From positions 5,394,001 to 5,458,000 of the forward strand of contig JAYWIR010000006.1 of NCBI GenBank assembly GCA_036172245.1: DNA of 64,000 nt, read 5' to 3'. Shown here one piece after another: positions 39,611 through 51,605 of this stretch (its first letter is position 1; every line of letters starts with the position of its first letter). This DNA is from Raillietiella orientalis (lineage: Eukaryota). The translations under genes were made by a program, and so were the position numbers. Below the pieces are notes generated by a model that was not told where the DNA came from, did no database searches, and was given only the letters and a program-made list of their open reading frames with translations.

Positions 39611-42083
39611 ATGGCAGATATTGACGAGATTTTAGAAACGATAGAGGTTCCAGATTATGATTTTACTAAAGGGGATTTTGAACCAGAAGTCTCGGAGAAT
39701 TACTTTGGTAATATTTTAATTATTATCATACTGTCTTCACCCCTTTGAAGTATCTTTAATTTTGATCATTGGAAATCTCACCATTAATGATTTCTGCATG
39801 TTCGTAAATTTGTGAATCCTTTCATTCATTTGCATTTACTCGACCCTATTTTTTGCGTATCCATTCATACTGATGAGGATTCTTTACTTAATAGGTGGAT
39901 ATGTCTCCTGAACTACCTAATGAAAGGTGTATTGATATGAATGCAGATATTTTGCCCTGAAATATTTTAGAAGATTCATGGTGATGCAATTTTTGCGTGT
40001 AAAGCGCATATGGTGTTTACAATGTAAAAAGTGCATCACCTAATTAATTTAAGAAAAAAACATTGTTTCTGCTTATTGTGAAAGCATGCTGAATGACATT
40101 GTGTAACTCATTTCTATTAAATTTTCATTAAGAAAATATTTCATGTAGGCATAGATCATGAAAAAGAAGACATCGAGAACGAGCCAAATGGAAAGCAATT
40201 ACAAGAAAGTAGTGGTAATGATTTTTGATAAAATAATTCTAAACTTTAAATTTAGCACCATTTGCCAAACCTGTACCAGCCAACATTCGCTCTGATGTAT
40301 TTAAACCAAATTCAGCAAATAAGAAAAATAATGGCGCCATTGTCAAGAAAGCAAAGAAGAACATAAAGAAAGTGAACAATTCTGAATTGAGTGAACTATC
40401 TGCTCAAACTACAGGGTTTTCAAAGAGTTTTCATTCTGTAAATCAAAACAAGAATGGCACTTCAGTTTTGCAAGAAGTTACTAATTGTAGCAGATCTAAT
40501 GAGAATGGGTCTGTATTACCTGTTTGTATTCTCACATAAATCATGCATTTAAGTTCGAAGGTGCAACTGATTCAAAGACAAACTTACATCATATCAAAGC
40601 AAGAAGAGAAAAATGATGCTCATGAAAATTTCCAAGAAAAAAAAAATGCACTTGCCAAGGTTTTGTTAGCTTATTTATTTGTTGCCAACTATGATCGTTT
40701 TAGAACTCTGACAAAAAAGTGTCTGCTTCCAAAAGCACAAAATCATATAAGAGTATGGCAGAAATCGTAAGAGATTTCCATGTAAGGACTCCTGATAGAT
40801 TTCACACCAAGCGGAAAGGTATTTGGAATGAACTGGATTTATGCTATCACTTGAACTTTAGACACCCAGACTTTGGTAGTTAAATCAGGTAAACAGACTC
40901 TCCCATGCACTATTCCCAAGAGTCCAGAGTTATGTGCATGCAAAAGAAAGCGTAAAGCTCAAGTACTAAGCCAAGACGAGAGAGAAATTAAAGAAATGGA
41001 GATTATAAAGAGGTAATTTCATGCATCTCAATAATGTATTTTGAATTAGTTTCAGCAAACCTTTTAAAGCAGCACCTGTTCCAGATAAGGTTTTGCATCC
41101 AGCCTCAACTTCTAAGAAAAAGAAACAACCTGATATCACAGTACCTGAAGCATTTCATTTTACAGAGTTACGCAAGAAAGAGGTTACTTAATGTAATTTT
41201 ATGAAGAGTTAATTAGGTTGTTTGTGTTGTTAGAAAAAAGTTGAATCAGATTTCAAATTCTCTGCACAACCTGTTCCAGCAACTCTTTACCAACCACTTC
41301 AGAGAAAGAAGCAGATCAAAGGTTCATCTGTCAAAAAGTCACAGTCTACACATGTTCAACCTTTTTCTTTTGATGTGGTTGATATGTTGCGCAGAAAGCA
41401 GCATGATGAGCACATTCAGAGACTGATTGCAGAACAGGAGGAAGCCTTAAGAAAAGCAAGAGCATTTCATGCTCAGCCTGTGCCTCCACTCGAAGAGCCT
41501 GATTTTGTTCCAAAAAGAACTGGTGCACATACTACCCCTCAACCATTTTTATTCTCCTCCACTTATGAAGAAAACATACAGCGTTTCAAACAACAGGTTA
41601 GCTGAAGAAAACTGTTTCATTACATGATTTTTGGTAGGTGGAATCACAATGGCAGAGACTTCGGGAATTGGCCACATTCAAAGCCAATGACATTGGCCCT
41701 CATGTATTATCACCTCCTTCTCCAATGAAGAAAAGTGCTCGTTCTCCAGTCCAAACTGGAGATATAAAGTTGAATACAGAAATTCGAGCCAGAGCTAGAG
41801 AACAGTTTGATGAGTACTTGAAGATGAAAGAACAACAGCTCCAAGTTGCCAAACAAATGGTGAGTTCTTTTATATGTACATAAATAAAGATTCTGTAATG
41901 CCATTCTTGCAGCAAACAGCTTTGAAAGAGCAGCTGGAAGAAGACTATGTGCAAAAGCTCCGTCAAGAGACAGTCCACCATGCACAACCTGTACCTTCTT
42001 ATCCTCCATTTGTGATTCAGCCATGTAGTCAGACCCCTACTGTACCCATAAGCCCACGATTTTCCAAGAGATTTAAAAAATGA
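39611..42083 (+). CDS. TPX2: Targeting protein for Xklp2 (TPX2), spindle assembly factor (~556 aa; exons 39611-39707, 40149-40214, 40256-40508, 40554-40659, 40704-40818, 40862-41012, 41056-41182, 41234-41596, 41638-41859, 41913-42083)
   Basis: SMAEIVRDFHVRTPDRFHTK, TIPKSPEL, repeated FKA/FHAQP motifs, and C-terminal KLRQETVHHAQPVPSY...TPTVPISPRFSKRF. The N-terminal EVPDYDF...SENYF resembles the Aurora-A-binding motif. All introns are GT-AG and the frame is consistent. Confidence 0.92.
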
Positions 42084-43109
42084 ATTTTTTCTATTGAATC
42101 AGCATAGCAACTAATAAATGTTCTCTGATTGTGTAAAGACAGTGCAAGTATCCGTAAGCTGGTTATTAGCTGTCAACCCAATCAATACCGTTGATATTCA
42201 ATAAATACTCTATGCCTGCATTTAATTTAGGATTGCCATCACTTATCAAAGCCTAGTTACAAGCTTTCTGAAAGGCTGTAATTAGCATTTTTTGGTGGTT
42301 TGGGAATAATGGCCAGAAATAAATTTGTAATCATGATAAAAACCAAAACATTTAGAAGTTTGAGAAGCAGCTATGCAATTGTAGTTTTCTTTTTTAATTG
42401 TATTACAATAATGCAGATTTCTCAAAAACCATGCATATATCTGATTACTCCACGAATGCGTACAAAACAACTTCGAGTGCGCAAGCTGGAGCATTAATTC
42501 AAATGTCAAGGCTGATATTCAAATGCTTGCATGCAAAGAATCATTTCCAAATCTACGAATCATCGCTTTGCTGACCTTAAGTGCCACAGCCTCGTTCTGC
42601 TTTCAAACAACTGCAACCTCAGAATTCGGTTTTGGAATTCCAATAATTTGTATTGTGGTAATGAAGTTACGAATTGCTACGACACGAGCAATCACTGATC
42701 AATAGATTGACCTTACTCTTGGAAGCGAAAAATTCGGGAGTTCATGTTCCTTTGATGGGAGCGCATTGACGCCGCAATCAAGGAATTTCACGATGCATGA
42801 CATTTCTGTTATTCCCCATTCAGTTGGGCATTACTCACTTTTAAGATGATTCTTCACCGGTGACGGTCAATTGCACGCAAAACCGTGCGTTGCGCTTCCC
42901 AAAAGTCCAAAGGGCGCGCCGATCCGCACGTGCGCCACCTCGAACGCCGCGGGAGCCGCGCAGGAGCGGCTGCTTTGGGACCACGGTCACGAGAAGAAGA
43001 TGAACCTGCGCCGCTGGCGTGCCGCTGGGCAGTAAAAACTCGAGGTAGTGCAAAAGGCGAAGGTAATCGTCAATGCATTACTCCATGAAGACATGATCAG
43101 GTTGCCTGT

Positions 43110-44630
43110 TAAATATGTGCGCTCGAGACTTTCGGGCGCTGTTGATGACATTCTGGGAGCGGGTAAGAAAACTCGGTGAAGCAGCTATGAAGACAGAAGA
43201 GAAGCGGATCGACGGGAGGTTGACACCCGGGTACGCCCGGGGCGTTTGTTAAAAAAACTCTACATCCGCGGTACAAGGCCCCGCTCACGGCCATATGCAC
43301 GGGACCTGCCGGGACGCCGGGACGCAGCCCGGCGTAGCGTTCCTCAGCAGCGAAGGGGGATGGGGATAAAACAAAAAGAAGTTGGAGGGCAGGGAAGGGA
43401 TCACTACTCGCTGTGAGGAGGGCCCATCCGTTGAAGGAAGCCCTCGAGGTCCATCCGCATATTCCCCAGTTGGGGCCATCTGGCAACTCTCCGCATGAAG
43501 CGTTGGGCATATAGGATGACATCCCTCGCGTGTGGACCCACTCCTTCGTTGTTGGCGTCGCTCCATGCCGCCACGATGCCTCGGACGCAGCACAAGGCTG
43601 CGAGGGCTGCGACTGGCTGCAGGGCGTCCTTCACGAAGAGGGGCCAAAGAACGTCTCTGGGGGTGCTGCCCGTAGGGAGCCCGAGGGTCGTCCCGAACCG
43701 TTCCCAAAGGGGTCGGAGGGCAGCACAGTCCACAATAAGGTGGGAGAGCGATTCCCGCTCTCCGCACCTGGCCCACTCAGGATCCACAGCTCCCCTTGTC
43801 CAGTGGAAGCGGCGTGCGTTGCAGGGTAAACCCCAGTGCAACAGCAGCAACGCCGACTCTTGCCACTTAAGGGGCAGGATCCTGGATTCCTTGAGCACCG
43901 GGGGCCACTTCAGCACATCCACAGGGATGGCGAGCAGCTCGCCCCATCTGTTCAATCCTTGCGGCTGGACGCTCGGGGTCGTGGCGTCCGCCAGTTCTCC
44001 TGTAGTCCAGCCGCTCAATAACTTCTCCCTGCCTGCGATCCGGCAGGAGACTTGCCACCTCGGCTTCTGGCGGCCGTGAAGCGCCCTCTGGAGGTAGGGC
44101 ATCTCCGTAGCAAGGGGGTCGTCTCCGCCCACATGCGACTCGCGGGAAATTCGAGTATTTCCCGCAGGGTGCGGTGGGAGTATGGGCCGTGACGCAGGCA
44201 GTTCATCGGATCTTCGCACCTCCGGTTTTGCTCGGCCCAGGTGCCAGCAGTCTCCTCCAGCCAGGCGGAGGAGTTGGCGGGGCCACAAACCATCCAGCCG
44301 TTCTCCTTCACCAGGGTTGCCATGCGCCCGAGCAGTAGGCCGCATCTTCGAATCTTCCGGCCAGGGCACAGAAGAAACGACGCGAGTCCTTCGCACCGGG
44401 ACACACGCCAGGCGAGGAGGCGGGCCGGAATGCACCAAGGGGTGCTCCACATCTTCGCTGCGATGGCGAGGGTTCGCCACCGCAGCTAGATTTCCATGCG
44501 CTCCAGCGTCAGGAGGCTGAGACCGCCGTCCCGACGCAGAGCGCACAAGTCCTTCAAAGGGACTCGAGGCCTCCCCTTGCCCCAAAGGGCGATGCGGAGG
44601 AGGGAAAGCGGAATGCATCGAATTAATTTT
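43110..44630 (-). mobile_element. 5'-truncated L1/Tx1-clade retrotransposon: ORF2 C-terminal ~400 codons plus 3' UTR (best-preserved copy in the window)
   Basis: IALWGKGRPRVPLKDLCALRRDGGLSLL (LWxG..R..LC...GGL post-RT motif), then a frameshift into the long 43404-44618 frame with KWQESALLLLHWGLP and ARCGERESLSHLIVDCAALRPLW. The 3' UTR is shared with the 23.6 and 28.2 kb copies. No convincing TSD was found. Confidence 0.85.
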
Positions 44631-45599
44631 TCAGTGTCAAGAGATGCATTTTGGTCAAAGGAAACTGCTTCCTCGTTTCCTGAAAGCATCAAGCCATATT
44701 GTGAAACGTAAGATCTCCCTGGATGTGAAAATCGCACCGAAGCTTCAAGCGTGCTTAGGATCAACAGGGAAGGAAGACAGCAAAATGCCTGGAAGCCAGT
44801 CTACAAACGAATTTAGAATGCTGTTATTTTTTGTTCCGCAAACATTTTTTCACAAATTTGTTCCTACTCTCATGAGAGAGCTGTGTCAGAATTTAGAATA
44901 AAGATTTATAAGAGAAGATGTTGCCTTATACCAAAGCGGTAGCTAACGTGTCTGATGCATTTCACACATGTATACATCAGTCTATTGAGTTGAGTGTACG
45001 TGCGTATTTTTCTAAAAAGTAAATACACAATCATCATCAAGAAAAGCTTTCTTCTGTAATGTTATGACATGAAGAAAGAAATGGTTCTCATCGCTCACCG
45101 AACAAGACACCTTTAGTTACTCTGTCATGAATGAATGAGCTCGTTCTTCATTATGTAACTTTCAAACTAACTCACACTTTGAACAACTACAGACTTTTTT
45201 TTTTTATTTTTTATTGAGGTAGCAATAAATAAGAATGCCCTGTTTTCACCTGTGAATCATTCTGCAAATGATTATGAAAAGATTGATTGTTTACATTCCG
45301 TTGAAATGCATCCAGGGTTTTCAAGATGTTCAAGTTAAAGCATAGGGAAGTAATCCAAAATTATACTCGCAAATTTGAGATGCTGTTTTCACACATGATG
45401 CCAGTAAGTTTCTGCAACTCGAAAACAAATTACTCAAATTACAAAAGCAAAGTACCATGAGAAGCATGATCCGGTTGGAAGAAGTGTGCAGCAGGCACCG
45501 GAGAGTACCTACTCTCTTCCGAGAAGCACCGAACTCAGATTTGACTCGATCACGCTAAAGGATTTCTACCACTTAAGAGTAAGCTTGCTGTTTCTACAG

Positions 45600-46200
45600 A
45601 GATTACGTGGTTGAATCGTGGCTTGACTTGTGCAGCTTTCTTAAGCTGCAGCGGTCAAAGGCTGCTAGGAAGCTTGATTCTCTCTTCGTCCACCGCCACT
45701 CACGTACTCCGTCACCGGAAGTGTGACGTACCCTCACCTTCTTTTCCAATTCGCGTTCCGACGTAGTGTCGAACAGAAGAATAAAGAGAGAAAGGAAACG
45801 AAGAAGAAAGCAGGGACGAGAGACCCCCAAATCGGGGGTAGCAAAGGAAGGAACGATCCGGGATCCTGCAAGATCTGGTATTGAAGACAGGACTTTTTCC
45901 AGCGTGTTTTGCCGTCCAAAGCTCACCTTTTGCATGAAGGTCCTGCAGGATCAGGTCCCGACTTGACTACCAACCAATCAGGAATGATAGAAGACAGGAG
46001 GACTCAGACGGCCAGCATGGCGAGAAGCAAGGTGCAGGTCTCCCGCCCTCTTCCCACTCAGGGTGCTGCTAGTCCTTTCGCCATACCGACAGCTTATCGC
46101 TTTTCTGGACGTTGTACACCCGAATACACTCTCGGCTCAAGAAAAAGGAATATAGGAAGGTGGTGCTCTAAGTAGGGAGCAGGGGAAGGAGGATCGATAG
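45600..46200 (-). mobile_element. Decayed LINE RT fragment
   Basis: DLGVSRPCFLLRFLSLFILLFD (like GVRQGCPLSPLLF) followed by SSFLAAFDR (like LAFADD). Confidence 0.35.
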
Positions 46201-46594
46201 GTGAGGTTCAGTTCAAAATCCCGAACGCGGAAATCCCCCAAGATCGCAATGTTTCTTAAATACATTAATATGAATTTACATGAATAATGAGTATCGAATT
46301 GTAAAAAATGAATAACAATAAAAAAAAGTAAAAGAGAAATTTGGTATTTCTTTTTCCTTTCATTTCTAGCACTCGATAAGTGGAGCTTCAGGAAATGACG
46401 AATTCTGTTTTCGGGATTTTGATCGCTTGATAAATATGTGTTTATAATTTGATATTTAGGAATTCATTTAATATGTATTTATTATGTATGTAAATATGTA
46501 TAATGAACACGTGCGCACACACATATATAAATCCATATACCAGTCCACATGTAAAAATATACATAATAAACGTGTATGTTTATTTTTTATGATC

Positions 46595-46940
46595 TTTGGG
46601 GATATCGGCGTTCGTGATTTGGATTGGCACTGCGATGGGGGAACTGGACTCGGATCACTCTCGATGGCTTCCGGGTGCACTCGGGGAACAGTGAGAAGGA
46701 AGGGAAGTGATGATGGACTAGGTGGGAGGAACGGGAGGGAAGGAAAGGAAGATCACGTGCCCGCCGCTTCTCCCCAACTTCCTTCTCTGCTCCATGTCCC
46801 GACACGTGTGATACGAGCATCCGGCTCATGTTCATTCGTGGCATTCGAGCCACGAATCCTCACACTCTGACCGACAGCGGCGGCCACGCTCCATCCGCGA
46901 AAGACGCCCCAATTAAATGGATTAAAAAAAAAAAAAAAAA
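46595..46940 (+). mobile_element. GC-rich retroposed 3' end with ATTAAA and an A tail
   Basis: Abrupt GC-rich block inside AT-rich DNA, ending AATTAAATGGATT followed by an A run. Confidence 0.4.
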
Positions 46941-47029
46941 CTTTCTGAATTTATGTTGCCCCTTATCGAGGATGGCTTTTGCCCTGAAGCTTAGCTTCCG
47001 GGCATTGCATTCTCAGTTTTCCCTTTCTC

Positions 47030-47700
47030 TCTCGCGTGCTCTCAGGCGGAGCCTTCCTCGGCAACCAATCATCACATGGGATAAAAGCCTCACGGATTTT
47101 TCTCTGAGCTGGAGAGTTGTCCTAGGAGCCAGTTGTAGTGGATCGACATCTCAAGAGCGCCGCGATTCGCGGGGAGCGGAGCCCCTCAACTTAAAGAGGG
47201 GCGGGAGGGGAAAACTTTCCCGTCATGCCTAAGCAAGGGGGATCTCCTTGCCGACCGGCTTCCCTGCTTGAGGCAAAGATGCTTTCGCAATCAACATCCG
47301 GCGAGAATGCTCTGGCCAGAGGGTTGTCGGATTGCAGGATGCGACGTCTTGCAGTGCCGAGAAACTGCCTGGATCACATCATTTCGATGCACCTCGGATT
47401 CGTCATGCACGTGAAACCAAGCCAGGAGCCAGAAGAACGGAGCACGCGAAGGACATCAATGCTGCCTCCCTGGTGTCCCGCATCGATCCTTGCTGCGGTG
47501 GTGACCGCGGGTTCGTTCGCTCTCCCGAACAGGAGAACAGACGAAAAAGGACCAAGGTCGGAAGCAAGTGCAACATCGCTCTCTCTCTAAGGAGTGGCGC
47601 CCGTGCCTCACCCTTTCTTGCACCTGCGCGCAAGAAAGACCTCAACTCCATGACAACTTTTCTGTGCAACTTGGATGCTTACAGCGAAATGCTTTTTTTA
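47030..47700 (+). mobile_element. Decayed LINE RT fragment (domains 0-3)
   Basis: PVMPKQGGSPCRPASLLEAKML (like IPKxG...RPISLLxxxxKIL), DHIISMH and KDINAA. Confidence 0.5.
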
Positions 47701-50700
47701 TTTTTTTTTGCTGCTCTTAGAAGTATGGATTTTCTGGATTTTGAGGGGTAAGGATGAAGATCGGATTTCACCTTATGTACCGGCTAAACGGGTAGCTCTG
47801 CTAAACGAAACGCCAGCAGGCTTTTTGGGATTTGCAACGATCATCTCGTTCATTTCACACTCGTGACTGATAAGAAAAAGAGCTGATGATGACAGCAGAG
47901 CTCCTGGAACTCACGAAAGCTGTCGTGCGAACACTGACCGAAACAGCGCTAACTCGAAAAAATGGAGCATCTTATAGTTCAGTTGCAGTAATTTTTTTTA
48001 AAAAATGATCTATTCACACAGATTCCGAAAAAAGAAAAGGGTTAGAGAAACTACGAGAAAAGCAAATGAATTTTTTTTCCGAAAGTCCATCAAGCATCTC
48101 AACAGTTTGGCTTCCGACCTTGATCCCGAAGGCGACCGTAAACCACAAACTTTTTCTCGTACGTGGAGCATCGGCAATCACGTTCTTCTGCGTAAATCGC
48201 ACTTTTCCAAATTACAATCCAGTTGTCGCCAGACGCGTCTACTCTTTTTTCGGCCCCTTTTTCCCTCTTTGCTCACCGCTGGAAGTCTGAACTCTTGCTA
48301 GCTAGAGGTGTTTGCTTGAGCCGCGTAACTACCATCAAATGATGAAGTGAAAGTTTTGCATCTAAGATCAAATAGCGAGGTATCTCGAGATGATACGAAA
48401 CGACAGCTGCATTCTGTTCGTGTTTTATGGGGTACAAGCAATTTCGACGAATCCCTCGAGCATACGGTAGGAGGAAAACATTGCATTTCTAGCAGTTTAT
48501 CCTGAAGATTCCATAAAAATTCGCTACGAATTCACGTATCTGGTTCATTACAAGGAGGCTCCATTTCCACAGACGGAAACGGATCCTTTCTGAGAAGTTT
48601 GGAAGAATACGTAAATGTTTCTAAGCTTGATAGAACATGCGAGGACAAAGAGATTGCAACACATCTGAATTTATAAGACAGAGATGTGTCAGAGACCAGC
48701 GTTCCTGGAGTTTAATAAGTTTGCTTCTTAAAAGCAATTTCATCTCACCATCCACGGAAATGTGAAAAAGTGAATGTCTACACATTCAACTTACAGTTTC
48801 CGTCTTTATTTTGAACCGATGAGTTTTCAATTACAATCTAAACACACTCCACTTTTTTTTTTACCTTCACAGATCCCTTTGTGATGATGATGCACCCCTC
48901 AAGAACTCCGCAAATGTGGCTTTTATTTCCTCATAATGAGTGGACAGTTCTTCCCTTGATGCACTTGGTAGCTCTGAAGAAAAACCCACTTAAAAGTCAC
49001 GCTCGAAAATCACACTCGTTAGTGAGGCTGGAATAACTGGGGATACGTTGTAGCGAGACAACACCTAACACCAGTGTTTGCGTTTTGCAACGTGGGCGGA
49101 ACGCATTTTCCTCGGTTCGCTAAAGCCGAAATGCTTCCCTTCAGAAGGGGCCCGTTTTCTTCCAGGTTCTTCCTCTTCGCAATAAGGACTTCGTTTCCGG
49201 GATCCTCCTGCTGCTGCTGGAGAGTCGCGTTCCATTGTTGCGTTCCTGAGGATCCCCACTTTCCTCTCCATTGTGCCCCGAGCTGCCGCCTCGCTGATTC
49301 CTCGGGTTCCCGCTCGCGTGGAATGCTGGTCCGTTTGTGGTGAGGTGGGAGAGGGCTTTTCCAGTACGTCTGGTACAATGTGTACACGGCGACTGCATCA
49401 GACCACCTGATGTGTTTTCCAGCAGCCTCCGGCACTCTTGATGCTGATGCTGTCGTCAGCGCAGTGTACTGTAAATTATGATGTGGATGTAATGGCCAAG
49501 GAAATCGACGAAACCTTTGGAAAACCAAAAAAGAGGATGCAGAGCATTTGGCATCATCATCGGCGCAGCGCGTCCTCTCTACTAAATATCTGATGGGATC
49601 TTCTCACGAAATCCAGAGAACCTTGAATGAGATTTATGATGCGCCGTTGTATCCAGTTTTCCTGATAATGTTTGGTGATTTTCGTTTTGGGAATGTACCT
49701 AAAAGTAAGTGTATCCACTCAACCGTGGTTTTGCTTTGAGCCAATCGTTCTTAAATGTTACATGAACGTATGATTTCACGTGAAAATCTCGAATGAGATA
49801 TTAGTTTATGCTCATTGACTAACTAAATGCCTGAACACACAGTGTTTTGGAGGAAAAAAAAATTGATCTGATCTGCATCTTGGTTTTCCAGTCGATTCTT
49901 ATAAAATACATAAGAAAGGGAAATCGACCCCACGTATTAGAATTTCAGTTTGTGAAAATCCTTCCAATCCCGTTGCCGTTAGCAACGAAGCCGAAGCTTC
50001 TCGATCTTTCGCGTTCCGTCGTTGCAGCCGCTGATGACGCGCGGCTCATTCTTTTGAGCACTATCCTCACTCCAGTGCTATGGAAGGAGTGTTTTCCCGG
50101 TGCATTTGCACGGGAAAAAGCACGGGGCAGCAAGGATGGACTATCACGGTACGCTTCGCCATGGACTGTGGAGAAATAGGGCCATTCATCGCACCCACAA
50201 GGAATTGATTAATAGCCATTACGAATAGTTATCACGCGCGCGGCTCAATCAGCCCGTGAGTGTCATATGAACGTTTCCGGTGAAGTGTCAAAAATAAAGT
50301 CCTTCAGTAGAGTGAAACGAAGTACTCAAAGGCTGAAAAAGAAAACACACACACAAAAAGATGCACCTTTCGTCTTTCAATCACGCTCGACTCGGCAAAG
50401 CTTTTTTTTTTTTTTTTTTTGGAACGTCCCCCTATTTCTTTCTTCCAAAGATTTCCCTTACTGAGAATTCTATCCGTTTTTCCATTTGATCCGTTTACAA
50501 ATTTGCGCAATCCATGGACAGATCATCCCAGTGTAAATTTGCATAATGGATTTCTCTTTTTCGGGTGTAGTGGGAGCGGCGCGCGCCGATACAGAGTTGC
50601 CAGAAATGCTCCAACTGCTGGATGAAACGGTTCGATGGTGATTAACGTCGACTATGCTCAAAAGACCGTTTGACACTGCAGCCATCGCACTTCCTATGCT

Positions 50701-51049
50701 GCAGGAACGGTTTGTATAATTGTATTCATTCAATCCTCCTATAGTTTGAGATCGAGGGGCTCACGTGCTATGTGATACCGGGGGCTTATATTCCCAATCA
50801 AATGCTTCAGAAATTGGAAACCGAAGTTTCAGGCTTGCTGCTCGAACGAATCTCTCAGAATCTCTCTCCCCTTTTCATCATGCAGCGTTCTGCTTTTCAC
50901 ACCACAGTGAATTCATGTTTCGCATTCCATAGCAAAGTCACGCTCTTCTGCAGGTTTCGTATTTACGGAAATTCATTTCAAATCCTCTCAATCTGCGAAG
51001 CTGAAGGACTTTCTGAAGACTTCGTGCGGTGCTGATGTTCGAAGGTCAC

Positions 51050-51605
51050 AGACATGTGGTGGAAAAAGAAAAATCCAGGAGGACACGGTTGGGTCGCGAT
51101 TTTCAGGATTCAACCGATTCGGAAGGGAAAACGGAAAAGTTGCCCGTTTGAAAGTCCCCTTAGGGGAAACTGCCCGCTTTCGAGTGAAGCTGCACGGTCC
51201 GCAGCACGTCACTCGATGAAGTCCTTTGCACTGCGATGCCTTCAACGGTTGGATTTCTCTGGCAAGCACTGTGCTCCTCTCAAGATTCCGGATTCAGATT
51301 CCCATATTCCAAGGGAACTTCCGTTCAGGGGATGGAGGAGAGATGGAGTCTCTTCTCGAGGACGGGAACGCATGGCTTTACCATTTCGCTCCGCGCAAAG
51401 TCCTTCGTACAAGCAGCAAGCACAATGGGAAAAAGTGACTCCATCAGGAAAATGGAAGGTCGTGAGGAGGTCCTGTGGGATTTGCCAAAAACGGAAGCCG
51501 GACTTTCATGTCCACGATGATGGCACTCAACTGCTGTACAGTATAGTCGTCGCACTTTCTATGCTGCACGAACGGTCGTTTAATCGGAGTCCTCGTGCAG
51601 TGTAA
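51050..51605 (+). mobile_element. Decayed LINE RT fragment (domains 1-2)
   Basis: IFRIQPIRKGKRKS...LRGNCPLSS...MKSFALRCLQRL (like VxPIxKG...YRPISLLS...KxFExxxxxRL). Confidence 0.45.

Noticed and set aside
43070..44620. AATGCAT on both sides of the 43-44.6 kb element as a possible TSD
   Set aside because: Only 7 bp, a common word in this sequence, and the element ends are not precisely defined.
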